Source of the DNA: Planctomycetota bacterium
Lineage (GTDB): Bacteria; Planctomycetota; UBA1135; UBA2386
Length of the DNA: 64,000 nt
Assembly: GCA_965228735.1 (NCBI GenBank)
Contig: OZ245838.1
Span: 3,616,001 to 3,680,000, forward strand
Reading direction: 5' to 3'
Shown here: in pieces, positions 44,956-53,880 of the stretch
Layout of the letters: every line of letters begins with the position of its first letter
Numbering within the stretch: position 1 is the first letter of the stretch
Made by a program: the position numbers and the translations under genes
The notes under the pieces: model-generated
Told to the model about the DNA's origin: nothing
Seen by the model: the letters and a program-made list of their open reading frames with translations, nothing else
Databases searched by the model: none

Positions 44956-46191
44956 TTGGCTCGAAAACGCAAATCACGTTCTCCGCGCGTCGGCGTCTGG
45001 CTGTTCGGCGCCTATGGCGGGCTCGCCACGACGATCGTCGTGGGGGCCCGCGCGATCGCTCGCGGGCTCTTTCCACCACAGGGTCTGGTCACGGCGACCG
45101 CGGCCGGCGACGGCGTGGACTGGACGCCGATCGACGGACTCGTCTTCGGCGGTCACGAGGTGCGCTCGGGCGACCTCGACTACTACTCCGCGGCGAAGGA
45201 GATCCACGACAGCACGGGCACGATGCCCGACGCGCTGCTCAAAGAACTCCGCGCCGACCTGCGGAAGGCCAGCAAGAACGTCCGCCCCGGCGTGATGCCC
45301 AACGCGGGCCGCACGATCGACGCGCTCGTCGAGGGCAAGCGCAAGCCGCGCAAGAAGAAGCTCAGCAGCCTCGTGAAGCAGGTCGAGCGCGACCTCGAGG
45401 AGTTCCGCGAGCAGCACGAGCTCGACCGCGTGATCTGCGTCAACGTCACGTCGACCGAGCCACCGCTGAAGCTCGGCGCCGCGCACAAGACGCTCGCCGC
45501 GTTCGAGCGCGCGATCCAGAAGGACGAACAGAAAAAGGTCCGACCGTCGACGATCTACGCCTACGCGGCGGCGCGCCTCGGCATGCCGTTCGTGCACTTC
45601 ACGCCGAGCAACGCGACGCTGACGCCCGCGATCCGCGCGCAGTTCGAGGCGACGGGCACGCCCTACACCGGCTGCGACGGCAAGACCGGCGAGACGCTCG
45701 TGAAGTCCGCGCTCGCGCCGATGTTCAAGTACCGCAACCTGCGCGTCCTCACGTGGCAGGGCTACAACATCCTCGGCGATCGCGACGGGCGCGTGCTGTC
45801 CGACAAGGACAACAAGAGCGCCAAGGTCGCGACGAAGGATCAGCTGCTGCACAACCTGCTCGGCTACCCGCTGCACACGCACGTCGGCATCGACTACGTG
45901 CCGTCGCTCAACGACCTCAAGACGGCGTGGGACTTCGTGCACTTCGAGGGCTTCCTCGGGTTCAAGATGGTCCTGCAGTTCATCTGGCAGGGCTGCGATG
46001 CGATCCTCGCGGCGCCGCTCGTGCTCGATCTCGTTCGCTTCGCGGACCTCGCGGCGCGGCGCGGTGAGGCGGGCGCCATGACGCACCTCGCGAGCTTCTT
46101 CAAACAGCCCGTCGACGTCGCCGAGCAGGACCTCCACAGTCAGTGGCACTCGCTGACCGAGTACCTCGACGGCGTGCGCGCGGGCGACTGA
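44956..46191 (+). CDS. ino1: myo-inositol-1-phosphate synthase
   Basis: GVWLFGAYGGLATT, NVTSTE, DGKTGETLVKSALAP, NILGDRDG, YVPSL.D.KTAWD, GCDAILAAPLVLDL, FFKQP. TTG start estimated. Confidence 0.9.
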   Translation: MARKRKSRSPRVGVWLFGAYGGLATTIVVGARAIARGLFPPQGLVTATAAGDGVDWTPIDGLVFGGHEVRSGDLDYYSAAKEIHDSTGTMPDALLKELRADLRKASKNVRPGVMPNAGRTIDALVEGKRKPRKKKLSSLVKQVERDLEEFREQHELDRVICVNVTSTEPPLKLGAAHKTLAAFERAIQKDEQKKVRPSTIYAYAAARLGMPFVHFTPSNATLTPAIRAQFEATGTPYTGCDGKTGETLVKSALAPMFKYRNLRVLTWQGYNILGDRDGRVLSDKDNKSAKVATKDQLLHNLLGYPLHTHVGIDYVPSLNDLKTAWDFVHFEGFLGFKMVLQFIWQGCDAILAAPLVLDLVRFADLAARRGEAGAMTHLASFFKQPVDVAEQDLHSQWHSLTEYLDGVRAGD

Positions 46192-46194
46192 GCC

Positions 46195-47934
46195 ATGTGC
46201 GGCATCGTCGGCGCGCGCGACGACTGGCTGCGTGAACGGGGCCTCGAACCCGCAGCCGCGATGGAGCGCGCCCTCGCCAACCTGCGTTGGCGCGGCCCCG
46301 ACGGAACCGGCGTCGTGAAGATCGGCGACTGGTGGCTCGGGTGCGCGCGACTCGCGATCACGCAACCGCGCAGCCACCAGCCCGTGACCCGGCGCGGCGG
46401 GCGCTACGCGGCGGTGCTGAACGGCGCGATCACGAACGCGCGCGAGCTCTGGGCCGAGCTGTTGCCACGCGCCGAACGCCGCGCCGCGCCGCCGAACGAT
46501 GCGTGGCTGCCGCTGCTCTGCGTGGAGCACGAACGCCGCGACCTGCTCGCGGCGATGCGAGGCCATCACGCGTTCATCGTCGTCGACCGGGACCGCCCCG
46601 GACCGGATCAGGTGGTCCACGGCCACGACCGATGGGGCGAGAAACCGCTCCTCCGGCTCAGAAACAGCGCCGGACTCGTCGCGTTCGCCTCGACCCCGAC
46701 CGCGATGCGCGAAGTCGGCGGACCGGGCCCGGCCGAGATCATGACGCAGTTCGATCTCGGGAGCTGGTTCCGCTGCGGGTTCGCGCCGCCGCCGGCATAC
46801 TCGGTCGGCGACATCGAACTGCACGCGCATCCCGCGACCGGTTCGATCGCAGCACCCTCGGAACCCACGACGCTGCGCGCCCGGCTGACGGCCAGCGTCG
46901 AACGCTGCACGGATACCACGGTCCGGGTCGGCCTCGCGTTGTCGGGCGGCATCGACAGCAGCTGCCTCGCGGCCTGCCTGCACGCGCTCGGCCGCCCGAC
47001 GACTGCGTATCAGTTCCACGCCGCGGGCACGAAAACGAACGAGCGCGAGCTCGCCGAGCAGGTCGCGGCGACGTGCCGGCTGCCGCTCGTGCCCGTCGAT
47101 GGCGGCCCCGAGGTGCTCGATGCGCTGCCCGAACTGACCCGCCGCGCGGGCGTCCCGCTCGGCGACCCGTCGATCCTCGCCGTGCACGCGCTCGCCCGGC
47201 GCGCCGCGGGCGACGGCGTTCGCGTGCTGCTCGGCGGCGAAGGCGCCGACGAGCTGTTCTACGGCTACGACCGCTACCGGGCGCTGGCGCGCCTGCCGCG
47301 CTGGCGCTGGCTGCGGCCCGCGCGTCGCTTCGCGCCGGGCTGGTCGATGCGGCGCACCGCCCGGCTCCTGCGGGCGGTCACCGGCAGCGATCCGATCCTG
47401 GAACTCGCCGCGGTGACGCCACCGGCGTTTCGCGAGTCGGTGCTCCCGCCCGAGCTCGAGGGCGGCACGAGCGCTGCCGAGATCCCGGAGCGCGGCCGAG
47501 CTCTCGCCGACCTCGCCCGCCGGCGCGATCTGCTCGGCTATCTCCCGCACGACCTGCTGCCGAAGGTCGACGTCGCGACGATGGCAGCCGGCATCGAGTC
47601 GCGGTGCCCGTTCCTCGAGGACGCGCGCGTCGACGAGGCGTCCGCCGCGACCGACCTCGGCAAGCAGCGACTGCGCGCCGCGTTCATCGATGCGCTGCCG
47701 GCCGCGGTGTTCGCGCAACCAAAACGCGGCTTCGCACTGCCGCTCGACCGCTGGTTCCGCGGTGAGCTGCCGTGGCTCGACCTGCTGCGCGACGAACGGA
47801 CGCTGTCGCGTCCGCACCTGCGCGCCGCCGGCGTCACCGCCGCGGTCGACCGCCACCGCCGCGGCGCTGCGGATCTCGGTCACGCGCTCTACCTGCTCGT
47901 CGCGTACGAAGTCTACCTGCGCGAGTTCGAGTGA
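46195..47934 (+). CDS. Asparagine synthetase B-like glutamine amidotransferase
   Basis: MCGIVG (Ntn Cys), RGPD, RLAI, LNG.I.N, DRWGEKPL, LSGGIDSS, GEGADELFYGY, LPKVD...MA..IE.R.PFL, PKRGF. Confidence 0.9.
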   Translation: MCGIVGARDDWLRERGLEPAAAMERALANLRWRGPDGTGVVKIGDWWLGCARLAITQPRSHQPVTRRGGRYAAVLNGAITNARELWAELLPRAERRAAPPNDAWLPLLCVEHERRDLLAAMRGHHAFIVVDRDRPGPDQVVHGHDRWGEKPLLRLRNSAGLVAFASTPTAMREVGGPGPAEIMTQFDLGSWFRCGFAPPPAYSVGDIELHAHPATGSIAAPSEPTTLRARLTASVERCTDTTVRVGLALSGGIDSSCLAACLHALGRPTTAYQFHAAGTKTNERELAEQVAATCRLPLVPVDGGPEVLDALPELTRRAGVPLGDPSILAVHALARRAAGDGVRVLLGGEGADELFYGYDRYRALARLPRWRWLRPARRFAPGWSMRRTARLLRAVTGSDPILELAAVTPPAFRESVLPPELEGGTSAAEIPERGRALADLARRRDLLGYLPHDLLPKVDVATMAAGIESRCPFLEDARVDEASAATDLGKQRLRAAFIDALPAAVFAQPKRGFALPLDRWFRGELPWLDLLRDERTLSRPHLRAAGVTAAVDRHRRGAADLGHALYLLVAYEVYLREFE

Positions 47935-47957
47935 CCCTAACGGTACCGCCGTCCGGG

Positions 47958-48782
47958 TCAGTCCGCTGGCAGCAGTCGACGCAGGATCGCGCCGTTCAGC
48001 GCGCGCGCCCCGGAGCCGGCCGGCGGCTCGGCGACATCACCAACGAGCGCGCGCCAGCGCGCGAGCAGGCGCTCCGCATCGGCGCGCCGGCCGGCGCTGC
48101 ACGCGAGCACGAATGCGTCGAGCACGAGCTCGGCATCGTTCGGCTGCTCGCTGAGCAGCTGCTCCATCGCGCGGAACGCGCCCGCCTTGTCCGCGGCCGG
48201 CTCCGGCACGCCGCGCAGCACGGATCCGATCCCGCGCTCCGCCACGCCGGGCGTCCGAAACCGTTCGCCGGGCGGCAGATGCGCCGCAACGATCGCGAGG
48301 ATCATCGACATGTCACCGCGCACGCGACCGCGGGAGTAGACGACCTTCACGTTGTCGAACGCCTGCCACCGCAGCTGGACGCCGACGTCCGAGTCCTCGC
48401 CACGGCGGCCCTGTTCGGGCTCCAGCTCGAGGATCCCGGCGCGATGCACGCGGCGCGCGAGCGCCCGCGTGCACGGCTCGACGAGCCGATACACCGCGAG
48501 CCGCGACCAGACCGGCAGCACGGTGCCCGATTCCTCGTCCACGAGCGTCTCGGGCGCGGCGCTGTAGACCGCGAGGCCGTTCGCGTGCACGCGAAACCGG
48601 CGCTCGGGAACGAACGCATTCGGACCCGTGCGGATCTCCTCGACCTGCAGCTCGAAATCCGCGGGCGGCCAGATCGTGTTCGCGTTCTGTCTGGTCGTGC
48701 AACCCCCGAACGCGCCCGCGACGGTTGCCAGTCCGACACTCAGGACGCACGTTTGCCAGGAACGTTGATGAGCCGATCGCAC
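47958..48782 (-). CDS. Hypothetical lipoprotein with C-terminal TPR-like helices
   Basis: Lipobox-like AFGGC after a hydrophobic stretch; start uncertain. Confidence 0.6.
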   Translation of the reverse strand: MRSAHQRSWQTCVLSVGLATVAGAFGGCTTRQNANTIWPPADFELQVEEIRTGPNAFVPERRFRVHANGLAVYSAAPETLVDEESGTVLPVWSRLAVYRLVEPCTRALARRVHRAGILELEPEQGRRGEDSDVGVQLRWQAFDNVKVVYSRGRVRGDMSMILAIVAAHLPPGERFRTPGVAERGIGSVLRGVPEPAADKAGAFRAMEQLLSEQPNDAELVLDAFVLACSAGRRADAERLLARWRALVGDVAEPPAGSGARALNGAILRRLLPAD

Positions 48783-48804
48783 GCTGCCGCTATTCTACGC
48801 GCCG

Positions 48805-49242
48805 ATGGTCCTCATCCACGAGAAGATCACTGCTCTGCTCGAGCAGCGGCGACTCAAGAAGAGAGACCTGGCCAGGGCCTTGGGGGTATCACCGCAGACG
48901 GCAACGGACATCTGCAAGGGTCGCTCCGCGATCACGCTGCCGCACCTGCGAAATCTGGTGGCCTTCTTCGAAGTGCGAGCCGACTTCTGGCTCGACGACG
49001 AACGGCTGCTGCCCGAGCCCACGGACCGCGTTGGCGGCACCCGTGCGGCGGAGGCGATTGCCCAAGGCGGCCTGGCACAGGTCTCCGATCCCGAGAAGCT
49101 GCTGTCCGCCGTGCGGACGTTCGTCACTCGCCACCGCGACGACTTCCTCGCCAGTCATCCCGACCTCGATCCGACCGCGCGTCGGTTCCTCGGGTTGCAC
49201 GAGCCCGAGGGTGACGCGGCCGTTCGAGTTGCGGACGCCTGA
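48805..49242 (+). CDS. XRE family HTH transcriptional regulator
   Basis: EKITALLEQRRLKKRDLARALGVSPQTATDICKGRS.....L..L..FF.V..DF. Confidence 0.85.
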   Translation: MVLIHEKITALLEQRRLKKRDLARALGVSPQTATDICKGRSAITLPHLRNLVAFFEVRADFWLDDERLLPEPTDRVGGTRAAEAIAQGGLAQVSDPEKLLSAVRTFVTRHRDDFLASHPDLDPTARRFLGLHEPEGDAAVRVADA

Positions 49243-49292
49243 CGGGCGACGGGACGCAACGACAGGGCCTCCCAGCCAGCGGAATGACGTTT

Positions 49293-49315
49293 GCGTGACA
49301 CGAGACGTGTCACGC
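49293..49315. promoter_or_regulatory. Perfect palindrome GCGTGACACG-AGA-CGTGTCACGC
   Basis: 10-bp perfect arms between the XRE gene and the PD40 gene. Confidence 0.45.
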
Positions 49316-49368
49316 GCGAGAACGGGTCGTTTGCTCACGACGGCCCGGTGGGTCAGCATGCGCATTCC

Positions 49369-50586
49369 ATGACATCGACATTCGTCACGACCGATTCCGT
49401 CACATCCGAGACCGCGCGCGGTCACTACGCGCTGCAGTGCAGTGCTGGCGTCCTGACCTTGCTGATGCTCGGCGCGTGCGCCGCATCGGGCGAACAGGCG
49501 AACCAGGACACGACCGGCACCGCGAACGCGAGCGCCGCCGTCGCGCCGAACCATGACTTCGTGATCCGCGCGGGCAAGCCCGTCGAGAGCCGGCCCGGCG
49601 AGCCGCGGCTGAAGAACGTGCGCATGCTGACGTTCGACGGCGAGAACGCCGAGGCCTACTGGTCCAACGACGGCAAGCACCTGATCCTGCAGCGCAAGGC
49701 GCTCGGGATGCCGGCCGATCAGATCTACACGCTCGATCTGCAGACCGGCGAGATGAAGCAGGTGAGCACGGGCGGCGGCGCGACGACGTGCGCCTACTTC
49801 ATGCAGGGCGACGAGCGCATCATCTTCGCCTCGACGCACCATCACGGCGAGGCACCGCCGCCGGTCGTGAAGCTCGGCCGCGGCGGCTACGTGTGGGCCG
49901 TGCATCGCGAGTACGACCTGTTCACCGCGCGACCCGACGGCAGCGACCTGCGGCAGATCACGGATGCGCCGGGCTACGACGCCGAAGCGACGATCTGCCC
50001 CGTGACGGGCGCGATCGTGTTCACCTCGGTGCGCGACGGCGACCTCGAGCTCTACATCTGCGAGGCCGACGGCAGCAACGTCCGCCGCATCACGGATCGC
50101 CCGGGCTACGACGGCGGCGCGTTCTTCTCGCACAACGGCCAGAAGCTCGTGCTGCGCTCGGCCTATCCGAAGACCGCGGCGATCGCGGCCGAGAACAAGG
50201 AACTGCTCACGAAGGCGCTCGTGAAGCCCTCGCAGATGGAGATCACGATCTGTAACCGCGACGGCAGCGGCTTCAAGCAGATCACCAGGAACGGAGCCGC
50301 CAACTTCGCGCCGTTCTGGCTGCCGGACGACAGCGGCATCATCTTCTCGAGCAACATCAAGGGCGTGGAGAAGGCGGCGGCCACGGGCGACCGCTCCGAG
50401 GCGCGCAACTTCGACCTGTTCATCACCGACGAGAACGGCGACGAGCTCGAGCAGGTGACGAACCACCCCGAGTTCGACGGCTTCCCGATGTTCTCGCCGT
50501 GCGGCAGGTACATCGCGTTCGCGAGCAACCGCTACAACAAGAAGCGCGGCGAGACGAACGTCTTCGTCGCCGAGTGGCAGCGGTAG
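49369..50586 (+). CDS. TolB-like PD40 beta-propeller lipoprotein
   Basis: LGAC lipobox; GENAEAYWS.DG, GYDAEAT, GYDGGAFFS, NFAPF..PD, FDGFPMFSP repeats. Start uncertain. Confidence 0.88.
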   Translation: MTSTFVTTDSVTSETARGHYALQCSAGVLTLLMLGACAASGEQANQDTTGTANASAAVAPNHDFVIRAGKPVESRPGEPRLKNVRMLTFDGENAEAYWSNDGKHLILQRKALGMPADQIYTLDLQTGEMKQVSTGGGATTCAYFMQGDERIIFASTHHHGEAPPPVVKLGRGGYVWAVHREYDLFTARPDGSDLRQITDAPGYDAEATICPVTGAIVFTSVRDGDLELYICEADGSNVRRITDRPGYDGGAFFSHNGQKLVLRSAYPKTAAIAAENKELLTKALVKPSQMEITICNRDGSGFKQITRNGAANFAPFWLPDDSGIIFSSNIKGVEKAAATGDRSEARNFDLFITDENGDELEQVTNHPEFDGFPMFSPCGRYIAFASNRYNKKRGETNVFVAEWQR

Positions 50587-50694
50587 CCGCGCCGCCGCCC
50601 TGACGCTGGCCCCGGAGCGACCCGGAGCCGCCTTGGCGAAGTCCTCAACGTTCGATCGCCAGGCCGTTCACACTCGCCTGCGATCGTCCTGCCC

Positions 50695-50952
50695 ATGGAC
50701 ATTGCGAGCGATACCAACGCGGCCTGCCCCGCGGCCGACCTGCTGGCCCGCCTCGACGGCGAGCTGGCGCACGCCCGGGCGGAACTCCAGGCCGCGGAGC
50801 TGCAGGCCGCCGAACTGCACACCCACGCCGGGCTGCAGGAACCACATGCGGCCGACGCCCGGATCACGGAGTACCGCGACCGCTTCGCCGTGTTCGCAGC
50901 CATGGCCGCAGGCATCGGCCTCGCACGAGCACCTCATGGCGAACGCATCTGA
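50695..50952 (+). CDS. Small hypothetical protein, possibly frameshifted
   Basis: 85-aa ORF with high-GC3 codons up to about 50920; coding-like codon usage then continues in another frame to about 51036. Confidence 0.4.
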   Translation: MDIASDTNAACPAADLLARLDGELAHARAELQAAELQAAELHTHAGLQEPHAADARITEYRDRFAVFAAMAAGIGLARAPHGERI

Positions 50953-51036
50953 GACCCGGTTGTTCCATCTCGTGGAGCTGCGCGCGCAGTACATCACCGG
51001 GCAGCGCGCGATCGCCGAATCACTGCGCGACGCTCC

Positions 51037-52797
51037 TCAGTCCGCGTCGATGTTGACGAGGACCTTCTGCACGTCGAGCGTACGCGGTGCTTCGAGGATG
51101 CGCGCGGCGATACGCCGGCATTCGTCGATCGTGTAGCGCGCGAGCACCTTGAGCACGCCGCGCAGCCGCACCGGCGCGACCGAGAAGCGCCGGTAACCGA
51201 CGCCGACGTAGAACGGCAACCGCACCGGGTCGGCCGCGCTCTCGCCGAACAAGATCAGCGGCTTCTCGAGCTGTTCCGCCTGCCGCGCCATGCGGTGCAG
51301 CAGCTCGAACACGGACGGGTGCACCATCTGGTGGTATTCCCGCACCGCCGCGTTGTCGCGGTCCGCGGCGAGCAGATGCGCCTGCAGGTCGTCGATCGCG
51401 ACGACGGCGAAGTCGCTCTCGTTGAGCAGCGCCCGCAGCGACATCGCGGCGGCCGGCACCTCGATGATCGGCGCGATCTGGATGTTGGTCGCGCACTTCA
51501 CGCCCGCCTTGTTCAGCGCCAGGCGTTCTTCGATGACGGCGGCCTTGACGCGCTGCAGCTCCGGCACACCGGTCACGAACGGGACGAGCACGGCGATCTC
51601 GTCGATGCCGCACGCCGCGCGCAGGATCGCGCGGAGCTGCATGCGCATGACTTCCTGGTGGGCCAGCAGGCCCCGCACGCCGCGTCGCCCCATCGCCGGG
51701 TTGCGCTCCTGCGCCGCCGCGCGGTCCGTCGCGCCGGCCTGCTGCGCCCGCGCCTCCAGCGTCGCCGCCATCACGTCGAGTAGCCGGAACGCGACCGGCC
51801 GCGCCGTGTCACCGCCCGACTGCTGGGATTCGATGATCTGCTGATAGCTCCGGACCAGGTCGTCCTCGACCGGCTGCCGCTCGGCGACGAGGAACTGCAG
51901 CTCCGTGCGGAAGAGGCCGATCCCCTCCATGCCGAACGTGCGCACGAGCTCGGCTTCACCGGCGCTGCCGCAGGCGCCGAGCATCCGGACCGCCGTGCCG
52001 TCGCGCGTCGTGTGCACCGCCTCGGCCGGCGCCTGCGACTCTTCGCGCGTCGACTTCCAGCGCTCGGCCGCGGCCGTCGACTGCGCGATCGTCGCGTCGT
52101 CCGGCGCAACGACGAGCTCGCCGTTGGTCGCGTCGAGCACGACGACGTCACCATCGCGCAGGAGCGCCGGCAGGTTCGAGATCCCGGTCACGGTCGGGAT
52201 GCCCATGCCGCGCGCGAGGATCGCCGCGTGCGAACTCATGCCACCTTCCTCGGCGACGATGCCCTCGACTCGATCGTTGTCGAGGTTGAACATGTCCGCC
52301 GTCGTGAGCCGCGACGCCGCGAGGATGTAGGGCCCGGCCGGCGCGCCGCTCGCCGTGATCTCGTCGCTCGGCAGGTTGCGCAAGAGCCGGGTGGCGACGT
52401 CGCGCAGGTCGCTCGCACGACGCCGCAGCAGATCGCTCTCGACGAGCTGGAAGATGCGGTCGTACTTGTCGAACACGAGCTGCACGGCCTCGCGCACGGA
52501 CAGCCGCTCCTGCATCACCTGCCCTTCCATCTCGCTGACGAACATCGGGTCGCCGAGATAGGCGAGGTGCGCGTCGAAGATCCGCAGCTCCGCCTCGCCG
52601 AGCGAGTCCGACTGCTTCTGCTTGATCTCCTCGATCTGTTCGCGACTGCGCTGGAGCGACTCGCGCAACCGATTGAGCTCGGCCTCGATCTCGTCGCTCG
52701 CCAGCCGGCGGCCGGTGTCTTCCGCGGCGAACCCGCGCAGGAACACCGGCCCGACGGAAATGCCCGGGGCCACCGATTCGCCGCGGACGCGATTCAT
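51037..52797 (-). CDS. PEP-protein phosphotransferase (PTS enzyme I) homologue
   Basis: IFDAH, R..DLRDV, GGMSSHAAILAR (phospho-His), GIGLFRTE, ERNPAMG.RGVR, QLRAILRA, IEVP. ATG at 52797. Confidence 0.9.
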   Translation of the reverse strand: MNRVRGESVAPGISVGPVFLRGFAAEDTGRRLASDEIEAELNRLRESLQRSREQIEEIKQKQSDSLGEAELRIFDAHLAYLGDPMFVSEMEGQVMQERLSVREAVQLVFDKYDRIFQLVESDLLRRRASDLRDVATRLLRNLPSDEITASGAPAGPYILAASRLTTADMFNLDNDRVEGIVAEEGGMSSHAAILARGMGIPTVTGISNLPALLRDGDVVVLDATNGELVVAPDDATIAQSTAAAERWKSTREESQAPAEAVHTTRDGTAVRMLGACGSAGEAELVRTFGMEGIGLFRTELQFLVAERQPVEDDLVRSYQQIIESQQSGGDTARPVAFRLLDVMAATLEARAQQAGATDRAAAQERNPAMGRRGVRGLLAHQEVMRMQLRAILRAACGIDEIAVLVPFVTGVPELQRVKAAVIEERLALNKAGVKCATNIQIAPIIEVPAAAMSLRALLNESDFAVVAIDDLQAHLLAADRDNAAVREYHQMVHPSVFELLHRMARQAEQLEKPLILFGESAADPVRLPFYVGVGYRRFSVAPVRLRGVLKVLARYTIDECRRIAARILEAPRTLDVQKVLVNIDAD

Positions 52798-53022
52798 CGG
52801 CGCGGGCCCTCCGCGTTTTCCCGGCTTCGACACACGGCAGACGACATTGGCAACTGGATCATGGCTGGCGGGGAAGCGCCGACGGCACGGGCGCGAGCGC
52901 GCGCCCTGGCTGGCCCAGGGCGGCCGTCGTCGTGCGGCGAAAGGTAGCGCGTCCCCCAGCCCTCGTGTAGACATTGCATACTGGCATGTGGGCTTCTGCC
53001 CTCGAGGCCACGCTCATCCGAG

Positions 53023-53880
53023 ATGGGAATCCACCCGACCGCCATAGTCGCATCCGGCGCCGAACTCGGCGAGGACGTCGAAATCGGCCCGTATTGCGTG
53101 GTCGGTGATCGGGTCCGTCTCGGCGCCCGGACGCGGCTCGTCGCCCACGTCGTCGTCGACGGCGATACGGTGCTCGGCAGCGACTGCGAGATCTTCCCGT
53201 TCGCCACGGTGGGCTGTCAGCCACAGGACAAGAAGCTCAAGGGCGACGACCCGGGTGGCCGGCTGCGGATCGGCAGCCACAACCGGATCCGCGAGAGCGT
53301 GACGATCCACGGCGGCACCGCGTACGGCAGCGGCCAGACCACGATCGGCGACCACAACATGCTGCTCGTCGGCTCCCACATCGGGCACGACGCGACGGTC
53401 GGCAACAACGTCGTGCTCACGAACGGCGCGATGGCCGCCGGTCATACCGTGATCGGCGACCGCGCGATCCTCGGCGCGATGGTCGGGATCCACCAGTTCG
53501 CGCGTATCGGTCGGCTCGCGATGATCGGCGCGGGTGCGATGGTGTCCCACGACGCCCCACCGTTCGCTACCATCCAGGGCGACCGCGCCAAGCTCGTCGC
53601 CGTGAACCTGATCGGCATGGATCGCAACGGGTTCGACGCCGAGCAAAAGGCCGTGGTCAAACGCGTCTTCCGACTCCTTTTCTGGCGCACCGGCCCGTTG
53701 CACGATCGACTCGAGGCCGTGCGCAGCAACCCGCTGCACAGTGACCCGCTCGCGCGTGAGATCGTCGACTTCGTGGCAGAAAGCAAACGCGGCGTCTGCT
53801 CGCCGCGCTCCGGCCGTCTCTCCCCGCGCGCTTCGCACCGGCCGCAGAGCGCCGAGAGCGGCGATGCCACGATGGCGTGA
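53023..53880 (+). CDS. lpxA: Acyl-ACP--UDP-N-acetylglucosamine O-acyltransferase
   Basis: IHPTAIV, hexapeptide repeats, PQDKK, IRESVTIH.GT, HIGHD, AGH, IHQF.RIG, N.IG..R.GF. Confidence 0.95.
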   Translation: MGIHPTAIVASGAELGEDVEIGPYCVVGDRVRLGARTRLVAHVVVDGDTVLGSDCEIFPFATVGCQPQDKKLKGDDPGGRLRIGSHNRIRESVTIHGGTAYGSGQTTIGDHNMLLVGSHIGHDATVGNNVVLTNGAMAAGHTVIGDRAILGAMVGIHQFARIGRLAMIGAGAMVSHDAPPFATIQGDRAKLVAVNLIGMDRNGFDAEQKAVVKRVFRLLFWRTGPLHDRLEAVRSNPLHSDPLAREIVDFVAESKRGVCSPRSGRLSPRASHRPQSAESGDATMA

